A stretch of DNA of 64,000 nucleotides from Octopus vulgaris. Its lineage: Eukaryota. The position numbers and the translations under genes were made by a program. Under the pieces are notes generated by a model. That model did no database searches. It saw only the letters and a program-made list of their open reading frames with translations, and was not told the DNA's origin. The stretch spans positions 151,218,001 through 151,282,000 of the forward strand of contig OX597814.1 in NCBI GenBank assembly GCA_951406725.2, in the 5' to 3' direction. Shown in pieces: positions 50,831 to 63,665 of the stretch (the first letter of the stretch is position 1; each line of letters starts with the position of its first letter).

Positions 50831-52186
50831 AACCTTGAGGTGTGCAACCAGTTGAAGCGCTTGGTGCTGCATTGTTTTTTTTTAAAGACAAATATATTCA
50901 ACAGAAATGGTACACTAATAAGCTGGAGCTGCAGAATAAGTTTTGCTTGGCTATATTTTATTTTCAGAGTTAAAATAGTTAACAATTCAAATTTTGACAC
51001 AGGGCCAGCACTTTCGGAGAGGGGATAAGTCGATTACATCGACTCCAGTGTTTGACTGGTACTTACTTTATCGAACTCGGAAGGATGAAAAGCAAAGTCG
51101 ACCTCGGTGGAATTTGAACTCAGAACGTTACAGACAGACGAACTGCCGCTAAACACATTGCCCGGTGTGCTATCTATTCAGCCAGCTCGCTGCCCAAAAT
51201 ACATTTGATATCCATCTGTTGTACCTAGTGTCTCGAGGGCCGTGAGTTCGATAAAAGAATACATCATATTCAGCAAGTGAGCCTGCCACAAAGTAGGAAA
51301 TAAACGGTGCTGAGGTACAACGTTTCGTCCTTTTTGTCTTGTAGGCATTATGGTGTGGTTTAAGGAAGATCTGGCAGGACCTCAAAGTAAGTCGGGAGAC
51401 CACGTAAAGGTCTCGTGTGGGCTGATCTCAATGGCAATGGAGATCAACAGACACGATATGTTTTCAATGGAGGTTTTCGTCTGGATAAAATTACATAACT
51501 GTACATGCTCGTAACATCTTTATTATCAATTTATAGAAAAGAAAAAATTAAAGCGATTTTTGTCATCAGTTTACCAGGCCACATTTTATGAAAAATAATT
51601 TGGTGAAAATTTGAAAAACTTCAAGAGGTTGGAAAAATTTTAACAAGATCCAGATCCCGGGCTCCCACGCAGTTTCCATCTACCAAATTAATTCATTACG
51701 CATTAGTCGGCCCGGAGTTCCAGGTACTGCGTATTTGGACTGAACCCGAAGCCACGTGGTGTCAAGGCGAGCTTCTTAACCACAGCCATGTGGAGGGAAA
51801 ATAGATATGTTATGTTATAAATGAACTTATATCAACATTTCTTATTGTTAAAAATGCAGGGATAACTACTTTAAAACTTTTTTTTTTAGTTTAGCATTCA
51901 ATGTTTCGAAGAGAAAATATGCCAAATAAAAAGCTTGTTTACTGTGTCGTATTTTGCTTGTTCGTAAGTCATTTTCAGAGTATCAATTTTTAACTAAACC
52001 TTTCGCTGTGTACTGTTTCAGACAGATCCCAGAACAGTGAAATTAATTTATCATTAATTATAAACTAAAATCTCACTTAAAATTTAAGAATTTAACATTG
52101 TTCCTACAGTCAATCTTTTATTATATTTTTTCGCAACAGCGGCTTTGAATTGTTAACTATTTCAACTCCACTTTACGAAATCCAAA

Positions 52187-55100
52187 ATGGCGTCGTCTTC
52201 AGTTAAAATCGGCAAGAAGGAACCAGAAATTGTAGTGTTTAAAGATCCCTGTAAACAAAAAAAAGTAAGATACTTTTTGAAATAACAATTTGATAAATTT
52301 TTCACGTTTTCCTACAGGGATTAAACATACATTATGTTCTATATATATATTTCATGATTCGAGTATGTTTAAGGGGTAGGGTGGGGCAAAATGAGGTTGT
52401 TTGGTTGCATTTTTTACTTTGAGACAAAATATATCTTTTACAAATGTTCACTACCTTACAAAAACTATATCAACTAAGCAATTGGTCTTCCCTAAATGCA
52501 TTAAAAGCTTATAACATAATCTGATCACTATTTCAAAAAGTTACCGCCGTTCTCTTTGAGCATATGAAAAACAAATTTTGCTGGGGCAAAATGAGTAAGA
52601 CAAGATAATGTAAATTTGCTATTTTAATTCTGCAGAAAACAGACTCAAACACATCAATATTCACCCCTATACATCTGATATTGATCAGAAATGCAAGAAA
52701 AAAAAATTGAATATCTAGATCAAATGAAAGAGGAACAGGGATGAGAAGCACATGATGTGAAATCAACGAAACTCTACTAAATTTTAAAAGATCTACATCA
52801 AATATTCTCTATTGCTTCTTCTCAATCTGCTGGCGTGTCCTCTTTGTAATATATTTACTCACCCTGCGGTTAAAGAGAAGAAATTATTGAAATTACTCAT
52901 TTTACCCCGTTTTAAACATTAAACTTGAAAATATTCAAACTAAACATTAGTGCTGGTAAAAATTGACTTGGAATCCAAAAGAGGAAAGAATATTGATTGC
53001 TAAGCAACTCTCTAGTGGATGTCCCTTAACTAGTGAACTGCTTATGTATAAAGTGTAATGTTACACAATGAAAAATAATTTTAACACCTGTTCATGGGTA
53101 AGACAAAGTTTGTTGAGGCAGATTTTCTATGGTCAGTTATGTTTTCTACAGGATTTTGGAAATGAGATAGCCTTTTTTCAGTTTCTGTCTACCAAATCCA
53201 CTCATAAGCATTTGGTTGACACAGTGCTATAATAGAAGACACGTGCCCAAGGTGCCATGCAGTAGGACTGAGGCTGAAGCCATGTGGTTGAAAAGCAAAC
53301 TGCTTAATCACACAGCTACTCTTGTATCTGTACCTGAACATCATCATCATCATCATCATCATCAACATTAAATATTGGGTAGAGGCAAAAGCTTAAAAGA
53401 AATAAGGCTTGTATGTTCTGTAGACGTGTAATGTTAGTGTGTATGAATGAAGGAGTATAACTGAGGTGAGAGGAAAAATTGGTGTAAGAGGAATTGAGTG
53501 TAGTGTGCTAAAGGGAAGATGGAGTAGGTATGACCATATGATGCATATGATGGATGACATTTGGGTGAAGAAGGGCCAAGTGACCCAAGTAGAAAGAACC
53601 TGTTGAAAAGGAAAACAGTGGTAAAGACTGATATCTTGAAAGGGATTAGGCCTGACTCAAGCAAGAAAATAAACAGTGTCGTGGCACAACGTTTCATACC
53701 TTAATGCACATATTTTCCCCCCAGCACAAGCTTGTAAGAGCTGTAGATCGAAATATGAAGTGCAATATATTTTATCTAACAACTTTTTGTTACCCAATGT
53801 TTCAGTCTTCAGCTACATCTAGGTTACCTTTCTTGCTATATCAATTTTTTAGTTCGTAGTGTATTGCATATTAGGATATTACAACAGAAGATATCACATA
53901 TGTTGTTTATTGTGAATGTCAGTATTATATTTATTTTCATAAAAGATCACAATAAGTGAGGAGATCAAATGCTAGAGAAGATTTGTCTAACCAATGCAGG
54001 TATGGAAAAATTAACATAAAATGGTGATGATTAGCTTTCATATGGTTTTTTTGACCTGCTAGAAATATTGCTAAGATCACACCATTTAACTTTAAAATAT
54101 AGGATACATTGAATATTGTCCTAGATGCACTGAATACAAGACAGGATAGTCATGGCTAGAACTCTGCTGGATCAGGGCTGAACTGGTGCTAAACAACCAC
54201 TCTGCTCTATCATTTAACACCCTGTCATCAACATCATCATCTTCTAATGTCTGTTTTCCATGCTGGCATGGGTTGGGTGGTTTGGCCAGAGTTGGCAAGC
54301 CAGAGATCCTCACCAGATTCCAATCTAAATTGGCTTGGTTTCTACGACTGGATGCCCTTCCTAACGCCAACCACTTTACAATGTGTGCTGGGTGTTTTAA
54401 GCGTGGCACTGAATATGACATCAAATTTATATTTTTGTGGATCAAAGCTAGGGTGTTAGAAAGCCAGATAGAAAACATTGCAGAATTTGTTCCAACATTG
54501 AAGGTTGTGAGCTCATTAAAAGTTTACATTCGTATGTTAATACATATATTATTCCCCCCCCCCCAGCATATGCTAGCAAGAGCTGTAGATCGAAATGTGA
54601 AATGCAATATATCGAAATTTAAAATTTTGTAGAATATAGAGTACTTAAAATAATTAAACACTTAACCAACGTTTGTCTTCTGATAACCTAGGTTACCTCC
54701 CTTCCTGTATCACAATTCCTCTTTCAGTTCGTAAAATTGTTTATTGTAAATACACATTAAAACAAGATTTTTTCAGTTTTTGTTTGCTAAATCCACACAC
54801 AAGGCTGAGTAGTTATGCTCACACACACACGCATTCAGTCCATACCAGCATGGAAATGATGATGAGCATGGAAGGTGGAATAGACTATCGTTATGAATAT
54901 TTTTAACATTTTACAACAATGCTTCAAATATGCCATGACAGTTAAGTTAAGTTTTGCAATAACAGATAACTCTGACATAGCCAGTATCTAGTCTTAATAA
55001 CATTTTTTTAGACTATATTATAGAATTTTCAAAAATTCAAAGATAATCATATGTGCAGTGAAATTTCCAATATATATGCATGTGTATGTATGTATGTATG

Positions 55101-58100
55101 CGCGTGCACATACACGCAATGCCATTTCACTGTTGTATTTGTCAAAATGTGGTGTAATGACAAACACTTCTAAAATATATTGTTTTTCTTTATTTCCAGA
55201 ATTTTCATAAGCAACATTCTAAAAAGAAAAATGAAAAATCCACAGAGAAACAAAAACAGATAGAAGATTTTAGATATGGTAATTTAAAACGAGAAGTTTC
55301 CAAGTTAGCTCTGTCAGCTTATACAGGAAAAGAAAGAGAGCAGGCTATGGAATCTTATCTCATAAAACTTGGAGCACATGTAAGTCTTCTTTTTACTTCT
55401 TCATTATCATCAGTAAAAGTCTACTTTTCCAGGCTTGCATGGGTCAGATGGGGTATATTTGAAGCAAATTTCTGATGCCAAGCCTCTCCTATTTCCAAGT
55501 AAGGTAATATTAGTCCATTGCCAAATATATTTTTGATGAATATTGGAAATGAATGACATTGCTTGTATGGCAATGGCAAGGAGACACACACACACACACA
55601 CTCTCTCTCACACACACACACACACACACGTATATATACATATAGTTATGATGATCTTCTTTTGGTTTCTGTCTACCAAATCCTCTCACAAGGCTTTTGT
55701 TGGCCCGGGGACTATAGTAGGAGGCCATGCAGTGGGACTGAACTCGGACCCATGTACTTGGGAAGCAAACTTCTTTGTCTAAAATATGCATGAGGAATAG
55801 TAATGGACTGGATAGTCATGTCACACTGCTTGTACAGATTCCTGTGATCCTCTGTTGACACCCATTTCTGTTGTTCATCATGTTCTGCAGGTCAGAAGGC
55901 TTGCAGTTTATGTTGTCACAAATCTGCTTGATATAGGTCATGGCTTGCTGTCCCCTGCCACCTCTTGTGTAGGCTCCCACACACAGTCTACAGCAGGCAT
56001 AAACAAGCTTCCTCTAGTGGTGGTTCTTATGAGATATTGCTCACCACAAATTGGCCACATTGCTAAAAGGATAATTTAACAAACATCTTATACAAGCAAG
56101 GTACACCATATATTATACTTAGAAAACTATGAAAATATTAAAAAAAATTTATATAGGTTTTGCACTGGCATGGGTGTTTGGTTAAAAGTAGGCACAGATG
56201 CGGTTGTGTGGTAAAGGAGTTCACTTCCCAACTGCATGATTTCAGGTTCAGTCCCACTGTGTGGAAACTTGGGCTAGAGTCTTCTATTACCCTACGTTGA
56301 CCTAAACTTTGGCAAACAGAAACTGAAAGAAGCCCACTGTGTGTGTTTGTGTATGTATGTGTGTGCATGTGTCTTCTCATCTTGATGATAGTTGTAAATG
56401 TGTGTCATCATCATATGTACTGTGTCATATATTTCCAATCTTCTGTGGAAACATGTCCAATATTGTGACGGATGGCAAGAGAAAGGACAGGTGACTGCAG
56501 AAAATCTGTTTCACTGAGAACTGTTGAATCATGTAAGCATAAAAAAGTGAGCATTAAGACAACAAAGTTGATGATGATAATAGAAAAAAAGAAATTACTT
56601 GAAAATTTTAATATGTAACTTGATGATGCAAAACTTAGTTTCAGTTTTTGGAAATATTTGAGATAGTCAACTAACAAATTGTTTTCAATATCATTTGTCT
56701 ATAATTTTAGATGTTTTTGACTTAATGGCTTTCATTCAGAGAAAATCGTACTCATATTTGTAGGAACTATGGAACATAGTGACGTATCTACTAGCAAAGC
56801 ATGTTTTTTGTGGGGTAGGATTCTTCAGGAAGAAGTATATAAAACTGTATTAAAGGATTCATTTTGAAATGTTAGGCTCAAAAGTGGCTCTCTCTGAATT
56901 TCGGTTATTTCCCCTTGCACTTATTTTTTTTGTTTTACTTTTTGCAACAATATTAAATGGACTTGCAAAATACAGAAATCATTAAACCTAGATCACGGTT
57001 CTGTTTTAAGTCATTTTCACTCAGCAGCATGAATTACATATTCAGACTTCTTGTGGTTGGTTAATGTCACCAGTCCTGTGTTCATTTGTTTTACAGCCAT
57101 TTTTCAATGCTAGCATGGGTTAGGTGAATATTTATTGATTTTCCTAAGCTAGATTTCAAAAGCTTTGGCATGATGATACAGTTCATAATTTACTAATTTT
57201 TATTTTACAATTTTATTTAAGAATTATTATGTGGGTTATAATATCCATGTGAAATGCAAGATCGGTTTGGGAACAATTTTTTTTCATCTCCAAAAGGCTG
57301 CATATTTCTTCTTTGAGGCAATAAAAGTGTTAAAACATCTTCTCTTTACACAGCCAGTGATCTTCACAATAATGTACCAGATTTCCAAATTTATAATCAA
57401 TTTGTGAAAAGTCATTAAATTGTTCATTAAATCATTAAATGATCAGCTGGTCTCAGTCCTTAACTTCGGAAACATGTTACTGTAATAATCATCTTCAAGA
57501 ATATTAACTTCACTGCCATTGTTGATGTTGGCCTAATACCCAAACATCATTGTCAACATCATCATCGTTTTAATGTCCACTTTTTCCATATTAGCATATT
57601 GTTTGATATTTCTGCTCAGCTTTCGTTAAATTTAATGCATAGTAGGGAAAAATTTATATAAATATTTCACAGTTCTATATTTAAGAGATGAGGAATTATG
57701 TACATTATTTACATTAGATGGATATTTGTCCTCATCTTGTTTGTTGTTAACACAACGTTTCGGCTGATATACCCTCCAGCCTTCATCAGGTGTCTTGGGG
57801 AAATTTCGAACCTGGGTTCTCATTCCTTAGGTATTTTTCGACATGGCATAGTGGTTAAGAGCACGGGCTACTAACCCCAAGATTCCAAGTTTGATCCCAG
57901 GCAGTGACCTGAATAATATGATAATAATAATAATAATAATAACATCGAAAAATACCTTAGGAATGAGAACCCAGGTTCGAAATTTCCCCCCAAAACACCT
58001 GATGAAGGCTGGAGGGTATATCAGCCAAAACGTGTTAACAACAAACAAAATGAGGACAAATACCCATCAAATGTAAATAATGTACATAATTCCTCATCTC

Positions 58101-61100
58101 TTAAATATAAAACTGTGAAATATTTCAGTTTAACCCAATTTGTTGTTCTAAATTTTGCATGAGTTTCTTGTTGTAAACTTCCTTGTTTCTTTTAGATTAA
58201 CTACTTAAAAGTATGATTCATAATGTGAAATATAATAACCAGTTGGATACCACAGCTGGCTAACAGGAAGAAACTTCGGAATGTTTTGAGGCACTTTCAG
58301 TAAAACTGGATGACTGCTCTCTTTTGTTACCAACCCTACTTGTTTCTAAATAAAATACTGTTTCCTTTGAGCTTTCATTTGATAAGCTATTGAATGGTCA
58401 AACATGTTTCTGTGACTGATGTAATTAATAAATAATACAACCTACACAGTGACATTGCTTTTGCACAGCATGCAAACAAGATCAAGACTATAGGAATACA
58501 GACTCACACACACATATCATCATCATCGATTAACGTCCATTTTCCATGCTAGCATGGGTTGGGCGGTTCAACCGGGGTCTGGGAAGCCAGGAGGCTGCAC
58601 CAGGCTCCAGTCTGATCTGGCAGTGTTTCTACAGCTGGATGCCCTTCCTAACACCAACCACTCCATGAGTGTAGTGGGTGCTTTTTACATGCCAGAGGTG
58701 GCTGGCAGCGGCCACGATCGACATATATATGTGAGGGTACATGGCCTTGTGGTTTGGGTGTTGCACTCATGATTGTGAGATTGTGGTTTCAATTCCTGGA
58801 TTGGGTGGTGTGTTGTATTCTTGAGCAAAATACTTCATCTCATGTTTCTCTACAATCACTTCAGCACCTGATGTATAGTACACCTTGTACCTGTTCAGGC
58901 AACATCGGTTTGATGGAGGGAGCGAGCTAATGTACAGCACATACACTTGATCACTATAAACAAATCGTTTGTGCAAATATGTTTGGCAAGAATTTGCTAG
59001 AGCACTCACACCGTTCAGTCTATTTGATATCATCCACGGTTATGATATAATTGTCACTGGATTGATGTCAAGAATTCCGCAGTGTTCGTTAAGTTTATAA
59101 TAATAATAAATAATAATAATAATGAAATTATTGTATACAGTGCTCAGGTGCACCACAACTTGTCAGAAAGTGCGTATAAAGTCTGGAAAGTGAACAATGT
59201 ATGAGTCAGATACATGCTTGTGTGTGTATGGAGGGGAGAAAATCAGTTGTAGTGTTGGCGAATCTCAGAAAGCATGGAAGTTTTGAAGGATGCAGTGCTC
59301 CGACAACTAACAACTGATGCCGGCAGTTTGTTCCATGCTTCAGTAACTCTCAGCGTGAAAAAATGTTTCCTAAAGTCATGGGAGCTGTGCTGTTTTCTGA
59401 CTTTTTAAATATGTCCACGGGTGTTAGACAGGTGGAGTTTGAAAAGGTGCTCAGAGGAATGAAGGAAATGATTTATGGAGTTGGCAAGAATTTTTATTCA
59501 ACACAATGACTGTTTCAACGCATCCTGCATCTGTCCCTTCCGGGTGGGATATTGCACAGCTAGTTGTGTTGCCTCCATATTTGCAGCTTGCATCTTGTCA
59601 GATGTCACATTTTTAATAAGATACTTTGTTACATATACTGATTTTCGCTTGGCATGTTGTAGTCTCCTGTAGGATATTGGCTATACTGACAGTGAATAGA
59701 AAACATTTCTGGGTTATAATTGGTAAATGGATTTGGCTATAGATCACAGTGAATACATAACATAAAGTAATACAAGAATAAAACATGACAAAGGATCTCA
59801 AGTAAAAGATAAAACGAAGAAGGATGAGTCTACACGTGTTGACACATACACACACACACACATCTAGCCCACTCATGTCATTGTTTATGACTGTCTTTCA
59901 GTGATATCGGAATGCCAAAACCCGATAATTAGCACCCCAGAGGTCTCTTACTGACAATAATATTGTTTGCCTATTCCTATCTTTTATCTTTACTTGTTTC
60001 AGTCACTTGACAGTAGCCATGCTGGAGCACCACCTTGAAAGATTTTTAATCAAACTGACCCCGGGACTTGTTTTTTTTGAAGCCCAGTACTTATTTTATC
60101 AGTTCTTTTGCTGAACTGTTCAGTTACGGGGGCGTAAACACACCTACACCAGTTGTTAAGCAGTGGTGGGGGACAAATACAAATATATACATATAAGTAT
60201 ATACATACACACACACATACATACACGATGGGCTTCTTTTAGTTCCTGTATACTAAATCCACTCAAAGCTTTGGTCAGTCCAAGTCTATAGTTGAAGACA
60301 CTTGCCCAAACACAAAGACACACATATATACATACATACACATACATACATATATATATATATACATAAATATATGTGTGTGTGTATATATATATACATA
60401 CATACACATACACAATGGGCTTCTTTCAGTTCCTATATAATAAATCCACTCTAAGCTTTGGTCAGCCCAAGTCTATAGCTGAAGACACTTGCCCAAGGTG
60501 CCATGAAGTAGGACTGAACCCTGAACCATGTGGTTGGGAAACAAGCATCTTACCACACAGCCACTATACAAAATAGATTAATAAATAATATCTTGCTTCT
60601 GCCTTGTTTAAATTTGGACATTCTTTCATATTTATTCAGAATAAGCATAAAAAAGGTTAAAAACAATTGATTTGATTCGTTAGGATGATTATATGCTTTG
60701 AATGACTAACTTTGTGAATTGCTTTTACTTTTTAAGCTTAACAAATGTCTGACTTTCTTTCCTATTCTGTTTTATGTTTGCAGCCTGTCAAGAAAAAAAA
60801 ACCTGAAAATTATAAATTATTTCTTGAAAGAAAGAAAAATGAGAAAGATGAAGAAAAGACTAAGAACACTGAAAAATTCCGAGTGAGTATAAAATGTCTT
60901 CTTTTATCATTTAGACTGTGGCCGAGCTGGAGTACTACATATAAAAATTTTAATCGAATGAATTAACTCCTGTACTTATTTTGTTTTTTAAAGCCTGGTA
61001 CATAATCTATTGGTCTCTTTTGCTGAACTCTTTAGTTACAGGGATGTAAACGCATTAACACCTGTTGTCAAGTGACACTGGAAGACAAACACAGACACAT

Positions 61101-63012
61101 ACACCCTGTGCTTCTTTCAATATCCATCCACCAAATCATATCACAAGACTTTGGTTGGCCCAAAGTTACAGTAGAAGACACTTGCCCAAGGTGTCATACA
61201 GTGAGACTGAACCCAGAAACATGTGGTTAGAAAGCAAACTTCTTACCACACAGCCATACCTGTGCCTGTCTTGATAAAGATTATAAACTTTTTGCTTGGA
61301 ATCATCAGATGAATTTTTTATGTTAGGGTTCTCAACTATTTTTTGCCTATGGACCCCTTTGGTTTCTATTTTACTTAGGTGGACCCTCATAGCCATTTGA
61401 TGTTTAAAAAATTATGATTACATTTTTGTAATTTGACATTATTGGGAATTGCATAAAAAAGTTGTTAAAATACATTTAGCAGGCGCAGGAGTGGCTGTGT
61501 GGTAAGTAGCTTGCTTACCAACCACATGGTTCCGGGTTCATTCCCACTGCGTGGCATCTTGGGCAAGTGTCTTCTACTATAGCCTTGGGCCGACCAAAGC
61601 CTTGAGAGTGGATTTGGTAGATGGAAACTGAAAGAAGCCCGTCGTATATATAATGTTTGTGTGTCTGTGTTTGTCCACCCCCACCCCCCCAGCATTGCTT
61701 GACAACCGATGCTGGTGTGTTTACAGCCCCGTAACTTAGCGGTTCGGCAAAAGAGACCAATAGAATAAGTACTAGACTTACAAAGAATAAGTCCTCGGGT
61801 TGATTTGCTCGATTAAATCATTTTATTGACCCTGAAAAGATTAAAGGCAAAATTGACCTCAGCTGCATTTGAACTCCAAGCTGGAAGAAATGCTGCTAAC
61901 TAAACATTTTATCCGGCATGATAATGATTCTGCCAGCTCACTACATTATAATAGTACCAGCAATCGCGAGATCATAATTTTGATTACCAGATCAGACTAT
62001 GTGTTATGTTCTTGAGCAAGATACTTCATTTTACATTGCTCCAGTCCACCAAACTGTAAATGGGCAGTCTTGTGATTGATTAGCTTACAAGGATGAGATG
62101 GTGACTCAGGAAAATCACCTGAATGGAGGTCTTGTGAGCCACATTTTGTATTCAGCAATCAAAAGGATGAATAGTACAACCCATACTGTGAATCTAAATT
62201 GGTTGGGATTGGTTGTTGAACTACATCAAAAGATAAATAAATAAAAATGTACATGGGCCAACATTAGAAAATCTTACATCATAAAACTTAGTTAATGAAG
62301 CAATTTGTTTCTTTTGCCTTTTATTTTGATCTTTGTTGTTGCAACTCATCCTTCTTGTCATTTCTGTACTTTCTGTAGTTTGGAGAGAAGGCTATTGCAG
62401 AAAGAATTTCAGTGTTCAGGACTAACATTGGTCAAGAGGCTGAAAATGGTCTCAAAATATTTACCATTTTCTGACATTATCAGGGCTATTAAAATCATGA
62501 CCAAGTATTTGAAAACCTTCTGTAGAAAGTTGTACACAATACTTTTGGTTTTCTTTCATGTATAGATTGAGATAGATCAAGTTACCAGCTGAGAAAAGGA
62601 CTTCTGGTAGCTGCTCACATTTCAGAGTATAAGCAATTTCATTTCTGTCTCAAGTTATATACCTTGTTGTTGCACAAAGTAGAATCAGTATTGCAATAAT
62701 GTTTTTGTCTACAGTTAATCAATAGATTTCCAAAAACTTTCTAACAAATCTCATAGGTATTAAAACCACCTCTGACACCTATTCACAGTTGCTGGATGTA
62801 TTCAAATTATATTTTATTGATGTAGATTTTCCATTTTCATTTTTGCATATAGTTTATAAAAAACAAAGTGGATAAACTCATTAAAGAGGTTTTCTTTTTT
62901 TTTCTAGGAAGAACAACTGAAGAAATTAATTACAAGAGCTCATAAGTCAATAACACAGTATAATAAGATGTGCAAATTTAAGAAGAAAACAAATAAGTCA
63001 AGAAAAAAATAA
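52187..63012 (+). CDS. C1orf131: C1orf131/FSAF1-like (DUF4602) small basic nucleolar SSU-processome factor, 4 exons, 153 aa
   Basis: Exons 52187-52264, 55200-55379, 60784-60882, 62908-63012; all phase 0, GT-AG. PEIVVFKDP and LKREVSKLALSAYTGKEREQAMESYLIKLGAHPVKKKKPENYK resemble the recalled C1orf131 core (EV..FG..GY......LGA.P.K...NYK). AATAAA at 63075-63080. Confidence 0.78.
57660..58125. mobile_element. Fold-back non-autonomous element: tRNA-like head + (TAA)n + hammerhead-bearing body, with an inverted copy of the body at the 5' side
   Basis: Arms 57660-57841 and 57945-58125 are near-identical inverted repeats. The spacer holds A box TGGCATAGTGG (57844), anticodon-like arm GGG-CTACTAA-CCC, B-box-like AGTTTGATCCC (57888) and (TAA)n. 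Confidence 0.75.
57749..57794 (-). ncRNA. Minimal hammerhead ribozyme motif (Penelope type, palindromic stem III)
   Basis: Minus strand GACAC-CTGATGA-A-GGCTG(GAGGGTATAT)CAGCC-GAAAC-GT-T-GTGTT. The mirror copy on + (about 57994-58036) has GAAA>AAAA and a 3-nt deletion. Confidence 0.62.
58516..58715 (-). mobile_element. LINE-tail/SINE family ending in (GAT)n (copies near 12470-12660, 26325-26520, 30858-30998, 32085-32270, 34636-34820, 36316-36595, 54230-54410, 63770-64000)
   Basis: Shared CATCATCATC...TTCCATGCT(A/G)GCATGGGTT...GCTGGATGCCCTTCCTAA...CAACCACT. Confidence 0.75.
59140..59470 (-). mobile_element. CR1-like LINE 3' end
   Basis: NTRGHI*KVRKQHSSHDFRKHFFTLRVTEAWNKLPASVVS; ends at a (TTA)n tail near 59100-59125. 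Confidence 0.75.
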
Positions 63013-63414
63013 ATATATTTTTGTAAATTTGAACATGAGTTACTGGTTTTATTTGTAAATGCTCTAATTGCTGTAATAAAAACTAATATTCTAGAAATTT
63101 TAAGAATGTCATGCTAAATTTTGTGGGCGCCAATCTTCATGTCAATGAGTTGATCTAATTTTAATATAAATGCTTTCAAGCTTAAAATACTGGTTTATTT
63201 TAAAGACAGATTTGTAGAGGAAGGGAATAATAATGCCGTGAGAGAAAACAAAAATAAAATTGATCTCACTGTGCAGCACCTTGGGAAAGTGTCTTCTTAC
63301 ATAAACTCAGTGTATGTATATGGCTTATTTGTGTGAAAACCAATAAACCAGTTTCGTCTTTGGATTTGGTTTGCAAGATTCTTTATATGAGTTCGTGTGT
63401 TGAAGCATATTCTG

Positions 63415-63665
63415 TTGTGTCTAGGGAGAGCCATTTTCTTTTTGTGCCTTATAATGTAACACACTCACCAGTAAAATTTCCACTTATTTCTTATTTTTAT
63501 TTTCCTAAAATTTTCATTGCATCTTGCAATAGTCAAGACTATTGAAAAGCTTGCAAGATGCAACAAAAATTTTAGGAAAATGAAAATAAGAAATAAGTGG
63601 AAATCTTACCGGTGAGTGTGTTACATTATAAGGCACAAAAAGAAAATGACTCTCCCCAGACACAA
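63415..63665. repeat. ~115-bp inverted repeat (fold-back) downstream of the C1orf131-like gene
   Basis: 63415-63529 mirrors 63551-63665; central CAATAGTC-AA-GACTATTG hairpin. Confidence 0.85.

Noticed and set aside
57843-57910. tRNA gene
   Set aside because: No proper acceptor stem, degenerate B box, embedded in a repeat; it is a SINE-type head.
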